Source: Vicugna vicugna (lineage: Eukaryota). Taken from it: a DNA stretch of 64,000 nucleotides. Both the position numbers and the translations under genes were made by a program. Below, piece by piece: positions 38,511 through 50,113 of the stretch (its first letter is position 1; every line of letters starts with the position of its first letter). The notes under the pieces were generated by a model. The model was not told the origin of the DNA. It ran no database searches and saw nothing but the letters and a program-made list of their open reading frames with translations. The stretch is from contig MU057560.1 in NCBI GenBank assembly GCA_013265495.1, positions 1,438,753 to 1,502,752 on the forward strand. Direction: 5' to 3'.

Positions 38511-40154
38511 TTGAACACCATCTCATCAGTCAAAACACTGTCACCTGCAAATGGTCTAGGCTCATGGAGAAGACATAGGTGCTGACTATTTTAAACAAAC
38601 GATTCTCTAGAATTACTTAGGTGTGTTTGGGAAGGAGGTAAAGAATCCAGGGTACTCTCTCTTTGTATCTCTCTGTCTCAGAGAGACACAAGAGCCTTGT
38701 GATTTTTTAACCTCATTACTGTGAATTCCCTTTTTCTTCCTAGTAAATTTATCTTTATTATTTAAGCCCTATCTCACTTGTCACTTTTCTGTAGAAGCAC
38801 TGTCCCCTCTCCCTGGCGTCCACTGAAAGTTCGCAGCTTAGTGCTGCACGCTCAGTGAGTCCTGCCCCGAAAACCCTGTTCAAAATTGGAACCGGGAGCC
38901 TTATCTTATCTTTCACACACTCGCTCCCTTACTCCGCTTTATAAGCACATAAAATGTATTTATTTTTCTAGCATATCTCTTTGTCTCTTTCAAATTCCAC
39001 GAGGGCAGGAGTTCTGCCGGATTTGGTTATATATCTCACGTACCTTAACCAAGGGTTGATACACGAGTGAATTACATTTGCAAGAGGCAGTGTGAAGTCA
39101 GGTTCCAGAATGAGGCAAACTACTTACCAGCTCTGTCGCCTGAGCCAGTAACTCAGATCCTCTGGGCTTTATCTCAGGGTGGTGGTGAGACATATGACCC
39201 TGACCCCGTGAGCAGCACCTTGCACAGGCTCCAAAAACGGCAACAGCATTTCCTCTCAATGAGTCTTTCTTCGCCACAGACTTTGTGTTCACTGAAGCAC
39301 GGTGCGCAGTGTTGACCCCACGACCGTCTGTCTGTCACGGCGGTGAGTTACCTGGTCCTCCATGACTCCGGCCACCCTGGGGACACTGGGAGGGGTCGTG
39401 ACTGGATTTCCATAGACAAGCTGCCAAGAGGATGAGGCATCTCCAGCCACTGAGAGGAAGCTCACTGCTGCAAACTGATGTGTCCCGTTGCTGTGGTCCC
39501 TGCCGATCACATGGGAAAGCACTCCGTGGCGATTAACCGTGAAGGTTCAATTATGAATGAAATGACGAAATGCCTGGTGACCTGCTTTAGATTATTAGAC
39601 ATGAAACACAAAACATCCAAAAAAAGTATTAAATTATTCACATGCCAGCATTTGGGAGTTCAAGGGTTTGAAATCTTTTCTCACATTGGATCACGCAGCG
39701 AGGCAGGACACGTGACTCCCTGAGCCAGCGTGTCCGTGGTGAGAGGGGTGCTGAAAGCAAACTGGGAAGAGCTTTGCATGTTCCTCTGAGCAGGTACAGT
39801 CAAACAGGGCTTTTGTCAACGGCTCATTTCAACCTGATGATAAGATTCACTTGGAGGCCTCCGCGGAGTTTGACTTTCTGCTCATATTTATTCAAGACAG
39901 AGCCTTTAAAGGCGCGCCATTGTGCCTTGTTTCATCTGATAACCACAGCGTTCCATCCACTTAATAAGCAGTGGCATTGCTCCGGGCCTGGTAAGGATGA
40001 CATGATACTTCATCTCATGGACAAACCACAGCATGACACTGTAAAGGCAAGTCCCTGGAAGTACCCTTCTTATGAGGTGGAAACACTAGGAAAGAGCAGT
40101 TTAAAGACAGTTGAGGACCTTTTTGCTCATGACCTTTGTAGCAAGTTTAAAGGT

Positions 40155-40486
40155 AGAAAATATTTTTATTTCATTTCATTTCTACTGAAGTATAGTCAGT
40201 TACAGTGTGTCAATTTCTGGCATGCAGCATCATGTTTCAGTCATACGTGTACATAGATATATTCATCTTCATATTCTTTTTTATTATAGGTTATTGAATA
40301 TAGTGCCCCATGCTGTACAGAATAAGTTTTTTTATCTCTTTTCTATATCTGCACATCTCAAACTCCCAATTTATCCCTCCCCACCCTTCCCCCATAACTA
40401 TAAGTTTGTTTATGTCTGTGAGTCTGCTTCTATTTTATAGATGAGTTCATTAGTGTCTTCTTTTTTAAGAGAAAAAAATATTTTTT
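40155..40486 (-). mobile_element. L1 3'UTR fragment (cetartiodactyl-type)
   Basis: tactgaagtatagtcagttacag...tattgaatatagtgccccatgctgtacag...tgtctgtgagtctgcttct. Both flanks carry aaaatattttt (possible TSD). Confidence 0.85.
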
Positions 40487-43400
40487 AAATATTCAGGAAT
40501 TCAGAAGTCTCTGGGGACAGTCTGTGAAGCATGACTGAACTATTACATCAGCCACAGATAACATGATGTGGTTTTTGAGGTTCCCACCTGCTCCTTGTGG
40601 TCTAAAATGTCTCGTCTGTGTCCAAAACAAAGTATAGGGCTATTTGATTCCACTTTTCCCTAATTCACGTTGTAGAGTATGCATTTTGAACATTGGAAGA
40701 TGCATGTGAAAAATTTACTATCATCTTTGCCTGCCCCAGTGTGACAGTCAGAGCTGTTGGGGCTGAGATAACACACAGCATCCAGGTGACCACATCCCAG
40801 CATCCTGTGGCAACCAGAATGCTGGTGAGGAATCTGACTACAGACACGAGTGTCACCCGCATGTGGGGAAGTGGGCAGAAGGAGGCACTGACATTAAAGG
40901 AGCGACCGTCACGTGACCAGGACCACAGTACGTGTCTCAGTCCCTCCAGCACCACACCGGGGTGGGCACTGTCATCTTTACTTCCGTCACATAAAGCCTT
41001 GGAAGTACTCGAAATCCGTTGTCTGTTATTCAGAAGAAAACAATGTCATGAATGCTCTAGGAGGCCTCTGCAGAGAGCCCACCCTCGGATGAGTGCCCGA
41101 GCCTTGACGTCCTCCGGCACCTGAGCAGCGCAGCGGCAGTGACTCCTAACGCGCAGGGCTGACGCGGGTGCGCCAACGCACACAGCACGCTGCAAACAGT
41201 CGGTGTGCTGACAGTGTTAGGAGAACCTACGCTTGTTTATAATGCCCCTCCTATTATCATCGTTAGAACATATTATTTGCAACCTACGGTGTAAGCTGTT
41301 AGCAAAGGAAGGCAATTGCTTATGCATTTTAAGTATTCATTCTCTGGGCTTTATCTCAGGGTGGTGGTGAGAGTTCATCGTGCGGTAAGATATCTAACCC
41401 TGACCCCATGAGCAGCACCTTGTTGTATTTGTTTAGGACCTGGTAGGCATTTGAATATTTGCAGGAAAATAGATTGGACTTTAAAAGAAAAAAGTGCCCC
41501 ACCCGACCCTCTTCCTCATCATTTTTATGTGCTCTAATTTGAGAGAAAGGAATTGTCTTTTAATTAAATGCGGTCTGTGAAAGGATCCGAGGAAGTACTG
41601 GGTCACCTTTTCCTGCTTTTTTACATCTCAGTCATTTGGAGCAGAGGCTTTCTGCATCGCTGCCTTTATTCACCAGCTATGGCAACAGTGGTTTCGGACA
41701 TTCATCCACTATAATTCACATTTGGAGAATTACCATGTAGCAGTGGAAGATGCGTGAACATACAGATGGATAAATAGTTACGTGAATAGAGTAACCAACG
41801 GTGCCTTTCCACACGGCTTCTAATCTCAGCTTTGCCAAGTAGAATTCTGCAAAACAGAAGTGTTAAGAGATTTTTTTATAATCAGTTTGTGGTCAGAAGC
41901 TTGGAGGAATATCTGTATACAGTAAAACAAAAGATCCGAATGAAGAGAGGGGGTTTAAAGCTGGATAAGGTGTAGCAGATAGTCAAGACCTTAACTTGCA
42001 GGCTCGGAGGGAAAAAATGAAGAGGAACATGGGAGACAGGCAGTCCAAAGGCTAAAGCAGTAACGATTAGATGTGGTTGGTTAAGAGGGAGTAAGGAGGA
42101 AAGATACATGAGACCAGCTTTAACCGCTAACTATTCACACCAGGCACTCATCACCCAAACCCCGCTGCTGCCACCAAACTTTCTGTACAGAGGACCTTCT
42201 GCATCTGCCCTGTTACAAACAAGTGTTTCAGCAAAGAAGGACATCCCAAACTAACAAAGGGATATGCTTCTATGAAGCCCGTGGAAGTAAATGATCACCC
42301 GAGTGGGAGCACGGAGAGGCTACTCAGCCAGAGCCTGCTGGCGCCAGGAAGGCAGCCGCCGTCACTGGCATTTGGCAGAGAGTGGGCAGGTGGGGCGTGG
42401 GGAAGGGCAAGCTGGTTGGGGGTTTCAGGTGAGCTTCCAGGGGAGGTCTGGGGCCTGGGGGAGCTGGAGGTGGGCTAAGAGAAGTCAGGCATCTATGGGA
42501 GTGGTTTGGGGAACACGTTTGACTTTCCCTGGTCGGTACTGAGTTGGAAGCAGAGCCAACAAGCGGAAAGTTGGTGGTCATGGACCAAGGCCAGACCTCT
42601 GGGCTGATGGCTGCCAAGCTGTGGTTTGGCTTCCTGGAGAAATCACTGCAGAGGTCAGGGGTCTGAGCTCCGCTGTCACATACGGTCTGGCCTCTGTCCA
42701 GGTGTACGTTCATCTCTCAAGCCGTGCAGGCACTGCTCAGATATTCAATTAAAGCAAGGAACTTTCGGGAACAATTTTATTTAATGAGCTTCACATCAAG
42801 AATAGTTTCTCTTTTTTTTGTTTTAATTGGCACGAGAGATTACTGATTATTCAAATGCAAATATTTAAAAATAATAAATGCGGAGAACACGATGAAACTA
42901 GATCTCTACTGCTTATGCTTAACACCCTTAAGAAGGGTATTTCCTCCGAACGTGGTTAATCCAGTGTTTCCTTGTTTTAAGTGCTCTCTCCAGGTCCTTT
43001 GCTTTGTCGGCAGAAAAGGTGATTCACTTGCTATGAACAGAAAGCGGATGTTCTGGCTGAGTAATAACACGCATTTGTCCGCAAATGTCTGTCTGTCATA
43101 CCCTGGGGAATGTGAGTTAATTTTTTCCCTGTGACTTACAAAAACTGAAATTATCTACCAAATCCATTAGGATTAATTTAATAACAAGAAATTAAATAAT
43201 TGGCATAAATAGCCATTTAGATAATGGGACAAGCTAACCCAGTCTTGAAGATTGCTTGTGACTTCTCAAAGCCATTTCAAGCCTTCACAGTGCGCTAGGA
43301 ATCTTCCCCTTCTAGAGAACAACCGGTTTGGAGAGTGCAGCGCTTTATTGGTTTCCGGGGGGCTTCGTGATGGATGCGCGCTCACGCTCAGCTATACAAA

Positions 43401-43872
43401 TGCTGATCTGAGTCATCACGAGCTGATTGGTGCGGCCTCTTCACTGAAAAATTGAAGAATGAAAGTAAATAATTAAAAATATTTGTAGTTTCTGGGGAAT
43501 AAAGTCATCGCACAAAAAATAACTCCATAAAATACTTGACTTTAAGAAAATTTAATCTGATACTATCTCAACATGTTATAAAATTAAGGAATGTTTATTT
43601 TTCCAAAGCACCCCTGTGGTCGCTTTCTAAGCATGTCTGAAGCATTTCTGGGTGACATCTGGCACCGCACAGGAACAGTTGTATGCCTTAGAGTTAATGC
43701 TGTTGACATAGTTTTTAGAATTTTTTTTTTATTGTATAGGACACTCTGGTATTCCAACCTAAAACTGAACATTTAAGTTTGCCATTCATTTAGTAAATCC
43801 ATTACTGGAAGCAAAAGTTGCATTTCACTTGCTTCTCAGATGATGTGCTTAAGCAAAAGTGGCTACACTAAA

Positions 43873-43900
43873 AACCAACCAACCAACCAACCAACAAACC
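43873..43900 (+). repeat. (AACC)n microsatellite
   Basis: aaccaaccaaccaaccaaccaacaaacc. Confidence 0.9.
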
Positions 43901-45487
43901 TGAGTCTAAAAAATCCTGTTTTCTCACAGGTTGGCGAGGTTTCCCACGTGCAAGCTCCCTAAGTCTTCCCACCCTCCTCCCTCTTTGTTCTTCCTGCCCT
44001 GCCCCGTTCTCAGAATTTAAAGACATCGGCTTTTCACTGTGTTTGGGTAAGAATGGCCGTTAATGGGTTTTCGAAAGTGTTCATATTTTCAGGCCCCAGG
44101 ATACACAAACTATCCTTTAAGATACAGTTCAAATATTGAAATGGCTCTTATTACTGTGGCACATTTGTAAAAATAGTCCAATTGCTTAGATGTTCACATA
44201 ACCATCTCTCTCACCCATCAATAATATGACCCAAGTGTCACTTATATTCACATTAGTTTTATCTTTAATTTTGTTTCTCAGCTAATGATGATTTTTGGAA
44301 AATGTCTTTGCCCATCCTAAAAAATAAAGCTTCTGGTACAACCTATATTGAATCATATCCATTGCATCTCTGGTGGTGAAATGAGTATTTTTTTGCGTAA
44401 CTGCATCTTAATGTTCATAGAAGGTGGTAGATCAACGTTGCTCCTCAAATTCCAATTTTAACATTGATTTCAGGGAGAAAAGGAATTAATTTAGTCATCA
44501 TAAAATAATCTAAACATTTATTTCTTCATTCCAACTCAGGGCACTGCCATTAATTTTTGTTCTGAAATATGAATCTTGCAAAGCCCTTTGGAACAAATGC
44601 GTTTTATAGGCATAGTGATAGAGATCTGCTATGAAGGGAACGAGCTGAGCCTGCAGCCTAAGGTTTTTCAAGTCATTTTTATTAGGATTTTTCATTTAAC
44701 TCAAATGCAACATTAATGACCTTTATCATCCATTTGCTTGCTTTTTTTATTGAAGTTGGAGGAGAGGGAAGATAAGGGAACACTCAAAAGGAGTAAGGAA
44801 AACAGACGCTCATGTGCCTGGAGTAGTGGGCATCCACCTGCATCCCTTGTGACGAGAGTTCAGTGCTTCCTGAGGCACTGTCTATTCTGTAAACTTTACA
44901 AGGAGGGTATCTGGAAAGACTTTTACTCAGGATAAATAAATGGTTCTCTCCATCATCATTGTTTTTAACATTCAATGACCGTAAGTTTGTAACACAATGA
45001 CTCAGCTTTGGTTGGTGACACAGATTATCCCCAACTCTTCAATGAGAAGGGACATAATCCTCAAAATTAAAGTGCATTTCAATTAGCAAGAAGTCTGTGG
45101 CACCAATTTGCTCTTTGATAACCATCTCCAATACAGAATTATTACCAAGAACGGGGAAGCTGAAGGATTTTGACCTGTAGATAATGGACGCTTCTTTGAC
45201 AAGAGGACACTTCCCTCACACTACAAGAATCAAAAAAGAACGTCATCACCAAGAGTGTGTGTTGGGCGATACATTGCTCGCCGTCAGAATTAACTGTGGG
45301 ACTCCCCGCGTCGGAGGTGGCGCCTCCTCCTGTGCCCGGTGCTGTTATTCTGCACCAGTCATGGGCTTTGGATCCAGAAGGGTCTGAATTTTAATAAGGG
45401 CTTTGCCTCAACAGCTGAAGTTGTTACGTCTTTGATGTTCCTACGCATCCACTTCTTCCGGGTGGAGGGAGGGTGACTGATAGCCTG

Positions 45488-45861
45488 CGTGTTAGTGTCC
45501 CGGGGCTGGTGGGTCACAGCAACACAAGGCGACAGCTTACACAGCGCACGTCAGGAGGGAGCCCCGAGACCAGCCTGCCGGTGAGGCTGTTCCCTCAGAG
45601 GCTGTGAGGGAGGCTCTGTCCCCAGCCTCTTCCTCAGCGTCTGGCGGTTTGCTGGCCGTCTTTAGCCTTCCCTTGCTTACCGATCTCTGCCCTCATCTTC
45701 GCATGGAGTTCTGCCCGGGCGTGTGTCTGTGTGCAAATTTCCCCTGTTCTAGGGACACCAGCCCTGTTGGATTCCAGACCCACCCAGCTCCAGGATGACC
45801 TTGTCTCAGTTAATTCCACCTGAGGTGCTGGATCTGGGAGGCACACAACTCAGCCATAACA
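45488..45861 (-). mobile_element. MaLR solo LTR, MLT1B/C-like
   Basis: gaggctgtgagggaggctctgtcccc, gtgtgtctgtgtgcaaatttcccct, atgaccttgtctcagttaat; ends cacaactcagccataaca. Confidence 0.85.
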
Positions 45862-46179
45862 ACACCTGTTCTGCAGTGTTGTTACAACTGATCATGTGCA
45901 GAAATTAAGTGAACAAACGTTTAATACATGCTTGCAAAAGAGAGAGGTGGTCCCACAGCAGTGCTGGCACAGAGAGCCCTGGAAACACAGCGCCAGGATG
46001 CGAAACACACGTCTGTCACTTGTCAGCTGTGCGGCCTCACCAAGCCTTGACGTTCTTTCTGCAAAATGGAGCAGTTCTATGCGGAAAATGTGTAGAATCG
46101 TTCCCACAGCACTAGCACACAGCCAGCGCTCAGTGAGCGCCACCCAGCTTTACTAACACACCTGCACTTACACAACATG

Positions 46180-46538
46180 GTAGTGTGTTCTAGATCTTTT
46201 TTTCCCCTTTCTTAATATTTAATTACAGTTTCTACAGTTCTGCTCCAGATTCCACTTCTGCTCACCCAGTTACTGATTCTGGCACAGATCAGGGTTCTGC
46301 ACCCAAGTCAGGTGGCGAGTCTGAAAGCTCCAACCCTCCAACCACGTGGCCGGCTCCCCTGCGTGCAGCCTCCATCTTAGGTGACCTTTGAGTGGTCCCA
46401 AAGTCACCTCACTAACATAAAAAAAGACACTTTTGTCACTCTCATCACTCAGAAAACTCCAAGTGTTTCTGGAGCTCTGCGTCAGGAACAGGGACAAGGA
46501 CAAAATGCATGTTTTTTATTGTAAATCACAATGTCACA
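46180..46538. mobile_element. MER21-like ERV LTR fragment
   Basis: ctgaaagctccaaccctccaaccacgtgg, aaagtcacctcactaacataaa, ggagctctgcgtcaggaac, tattgtaaatcacaatgtcaca. Confidence 0.7.
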
Positions 46539-47694
46539 GTTTCCCTGGTTCTGTTTCTGAAGGCTAGGTAGAAACTAAACATTTAACTTTTTGATTTGCT
46601 TATTAATTGGTTTTGTTTGAAATCCTGTGGGTGTCGAATTACTTGTCTTGGAAATTTGAGTTATTTTAACTACACTAAAGACATTTAATTCTTCTTCTAT
46701 TTTTATGAAAATTTTAAAACATAAGTTTCTACAAGCATAGAAACCTAAATAAAATGAATAGGAATTTTAAAGTGTAGTTTTACATTTTTTTCAGAAAAAA
46801 ATATCAAAATTTTTTGTAATTTTATTTTATGAAGGTTGTTTTAAAACTTAATGTCTCTAATATCTGCAAACACTTGAAGGACTTGTTTTGACAAAGACCC
46901 AAGTTTTGTTTAGCACTACAAGAGAAAACAGGGGTTTTCATTGTCTAGGTACCATGTAAGTCTAAGGTGTTAATTTTAGCATTTTTATGCTGGTCTCTTC
47001 GCCCAGGCTTCTCGGTGTAAAGGGCAGTGCCTGCCCTGAAAAGAAAGCGGCCTCCTTAAAGCAGACCTTTGTGAGAGGCATTCCTGCCTGCTGGCGCCGC
47101 ACAGACTCCTGTCTGCACGTGAGTGTATGTAGACATACTACACACGTGCACAGTTTCTGAGTATTTATGTAATAATATGTTGCATTTTAAAAGAAGATGT
47201 GGAGATTTTCTTACCCTGAGAAGCCCTTCCCTCTGAAAGGAGGCTGATACGGGATCGCAGACAGTGTAGCCCGAGGCCCGGGCCCTGCAGATCTCTGGGG
47301 CTGCCCTCCCCTTCCTCCCCAAACACTGCAGCTAGGGCCCCCTTCCTGTCGGGCCAGCCCCGTGCCCGCCCCCGTGATTCTGAAGGTTTCTCAGCAGAAG
47401 CGGGGGCAGAGGACTGGCAAATGTCGGCCCGAGCCGCTTGTTCTTAGCGGCAGAAAGAACTACTGTAGTTTGACTTTCTCTCCACAGCCTTTGAGTCCAT
47501 AATTCTCCAAAAAAAAACCTAACAGAGGAGCAAGGGTATGAGGGTACAACAGACGCTGAACAGGAGGCTTTTCTACACGCGAAAGTGGGGCGCTGAGTTA
47601 AGTACAAAGAAATTACTTTGCTTAAGAGCGCTGGCCTTGGAGTCATATTGGCTTGACTGACCTTCATGCCTTACGTAAACTTTGAGATGGTGAT

Positions 47695-48215
47695 TGTCTG
47701 CTGGCCTGCTTCCCTGTGTCAACTAGCAACTCTCCTTACTTGGAGAACCACCAGTTCCTACACTCGGCCCACGTGGTTCGGCTGGGGCCGACACCATCCT
47801 TCATGCTCCAGGGACCAGTGTGCCTTCAGTCCTGGTACTTAACAGTCACAGTGACTTACTGCAAGATTGAGGTGGGCTCAACCATCAGATTATGAGAAAA
47901 AGCCCAAACTTCTGCTGGAGCTCTCTGGAAAGGGGTCTGCTCTCTTTGGCTGTGTTGCTAAGACACATGGGATGTAAGGCTAGCAGGCTGGTGGGCATTT
48001 TTGCAGGAGACCAGAGAGTTTCCTAAGCAAGAACAATGTTGTCATAAGACGTTGTAAAAACTAAGCAAGTTAATATACACAAAGACTTGAAATAGAGCCT
48101 AGCACATTGTATGAGCTGTGTGGATCCCAGGCAGCACTCTGCTCTTACCAGCAGTAGTTACTGTTTAAGCCAATTGAAACTTGATTTCTGTCATTATAAC
48201 CAGCAAGATCTTCTC
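47695..48215 (+). mobile_element. Old MaLR LTR (MLT1J/K-like) with possible MIR-like segment at ~48045-48120
   Basis: ggagaaccaccagttcc, ggatgtaaggctag; terminal gtttaagccaattgaaacttgatttctgtcattataacc. Confidence 0.55.
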
Positions 48216-48394
48216 TTCTCTACCTAACTTTTAGCACCATTGTTGGAATAAATTAACAATCTGGAAAGCCCTGGAATGCAGAAAGCATTCAAATATTACT
48301 TACTATTTTTATTATTATCAGCATAGAACTACTCTCATCTTCCTTTCATTCTTCAAAGTATCTTTATTATTAAAAGGATCTATTATTCCTCAGC

Positions 48395-48935
48395 TTGAAG
48401 AAATGTCCAAGGACAGAGGACTGGATAAAGAAGCTGTGGTATCTCTATAAAATGGAATGCTATTCAGCCATAAAAAAGAATGAAATAATGCCACTTGCAG
48501 CAACATGGATGGACCTGGAGATCATCATACTAAGTGAAGTAAGTCAGAAAGAGAAAGACAAATACCATATGACATCACTTATATGTGGAATCTAAAAAAG
48601 AAATGGCACAAATGAACTTATTTACAAAACAGAAATAGACTTACAGACATAGAAAACAAACTATGGTTACCAGGGGGGAAAGAGGGGTGGGGAGGGATAA
48701 ATTAGGAGTCTGGGACTCACAGATATTAACTACTATATATAAAATAAACAGCAAGGACCTCCTGTACAGCTTGGGAAGCAATATTCAATATCTTGTAATA
48801 ACCTATAATGATAAATAACATGAAAAAGAATATATATATATACACACACATATGTGTGTGTATGTAACTGAATCACTATTGTATACAACAGAAACTAACA
48901 CAACATTGTAAATCAACTCTACTTCAATTTAAAAA
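48395..48935 (+). mobile_element. 5'-truncated L1: ORF2 C-terminus plus 3'UTR
   Basis: ORF 48395-48595 KCPRTEDWIKKLWYLYKMECYSAIKKNEIMPLAATWMDLEIIILSEVSQKEKDKYHMTSLICGI is the L1 ORF2 end. 3'UTR ends cattgtaaatcaactctacttcaatttaaaaa. Confidence 0.95.
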
Positions 48936-50050
48936 TTTTTTCTGAGGCAAATGAGATATTAACAAAGAAAAGAATTTCTCAGCCACCACATTCTATCCTT
49001 AAGATCTTGCTGCCAAGATTTTGGGTCTCCCTTTCTTCTCTCTACTTCAATGCCTGCACCCAGCAACCAAGCATCTTTGACTTTGTCATAGATGTCAGAT
49101 CTTCACCAGAAGAGAAGCCATCTCTTAACACCCATGTCATTAAAATACTGTGCTCCGTGAGGTTCTTCCTACTCCAGACATTCCTCTTGAAAATGCAGGT
49201 TCACTGGTAGATGCCATAGGATTGCAAATGGCCTTCAGTTTACTCTGGATTTAACTCCCATGAATAGTCCCATTTCCAGGTCACAAACGGGTTCTTAACC
49301 AGCAGAGAACGCTATGTGGTGGATTTTGGTATCCAGTTCCCAATCTGCCCACTACAGAATCCTGAGGACCCCCTAACTAACATGGTTGAAGGAACCCTCT
49401 CTGTGCTGGTTCAGTCTGGATTCTGTCCCCAGGGCACCCTGAGGTCTCGCATCCCTTGGGCCTGGTGTCTTCAGGATATACATTATTGACCATGAAGCCA
49501 TCCCTGCTCAGTTTGGCCCTGCGCTGCCTTACAGTGTGTAAAGACTTGGCCTTCAACATTCACTTCCCATAACAGCTGGTAGAGCTGCAACTTTCCGTCT
49601 CCAATCAGTGCATGGTCCATGAGAGCACTTGTGTTTTCTCTGTGGGGTCATGGATGGTTTCATTTCCTGAACACTTCCATGACGGGAGGGGTGTTAAAGT
49701 CGCTTTAGAGGCAAGAGGCATCAGGCTGAGTACCTGGGCGATAAAGTCGCCTCCTACCACGAAGCACCAGGACATTTTCTCTGTGTGCAGCACCTTTAAA
49801 TGCTCTGATGAGAGGAGCCTGTAACATTACAGTTTAATGACTGCACTCTCAATATCACATATGTGACCTTGGGGATGTTCCCCGCACCTAGAATTCACTC
49901 TTCACTCTCTCTCTGCAGCAGCTCAACCCATCTCATTACACACACGAGGTGACCTCCTCTTATTTTCCAAAATGCCGCAGGTTCTGATTTCAAGTCCCCT
50001 ATCCATCCTCCGGGAGGTGTTCCCAGGCGACCAAGCAGAGTAAGGGCTCC

Positions 50051-50113
50051 CCTTCCGGGGCTTCCTCCCCGCCCCGCAGATACGTCACGTTTATCAGGTG
50101 AGTCACGTCACGT
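50051..50113. promoter_or_regulatory. Dense transcription-factor motif cluster (candidate enhancer/promoter)
   Basis: ETS CTTCCGG at 50052-50058, GC box CCCCGCCCC at 50067-50075, ACGTCA twice, GATA TTATCA at 50091-50096, AP-1 TGAGTCA at 50099-50105. Confidence 0.4.

Noticed and set aside
48395..48595. Well-formed 66-aa ORF (and 3662-3859) as host genes
   Set aside because: Both are L1 ORF2 C-terminal remnants.
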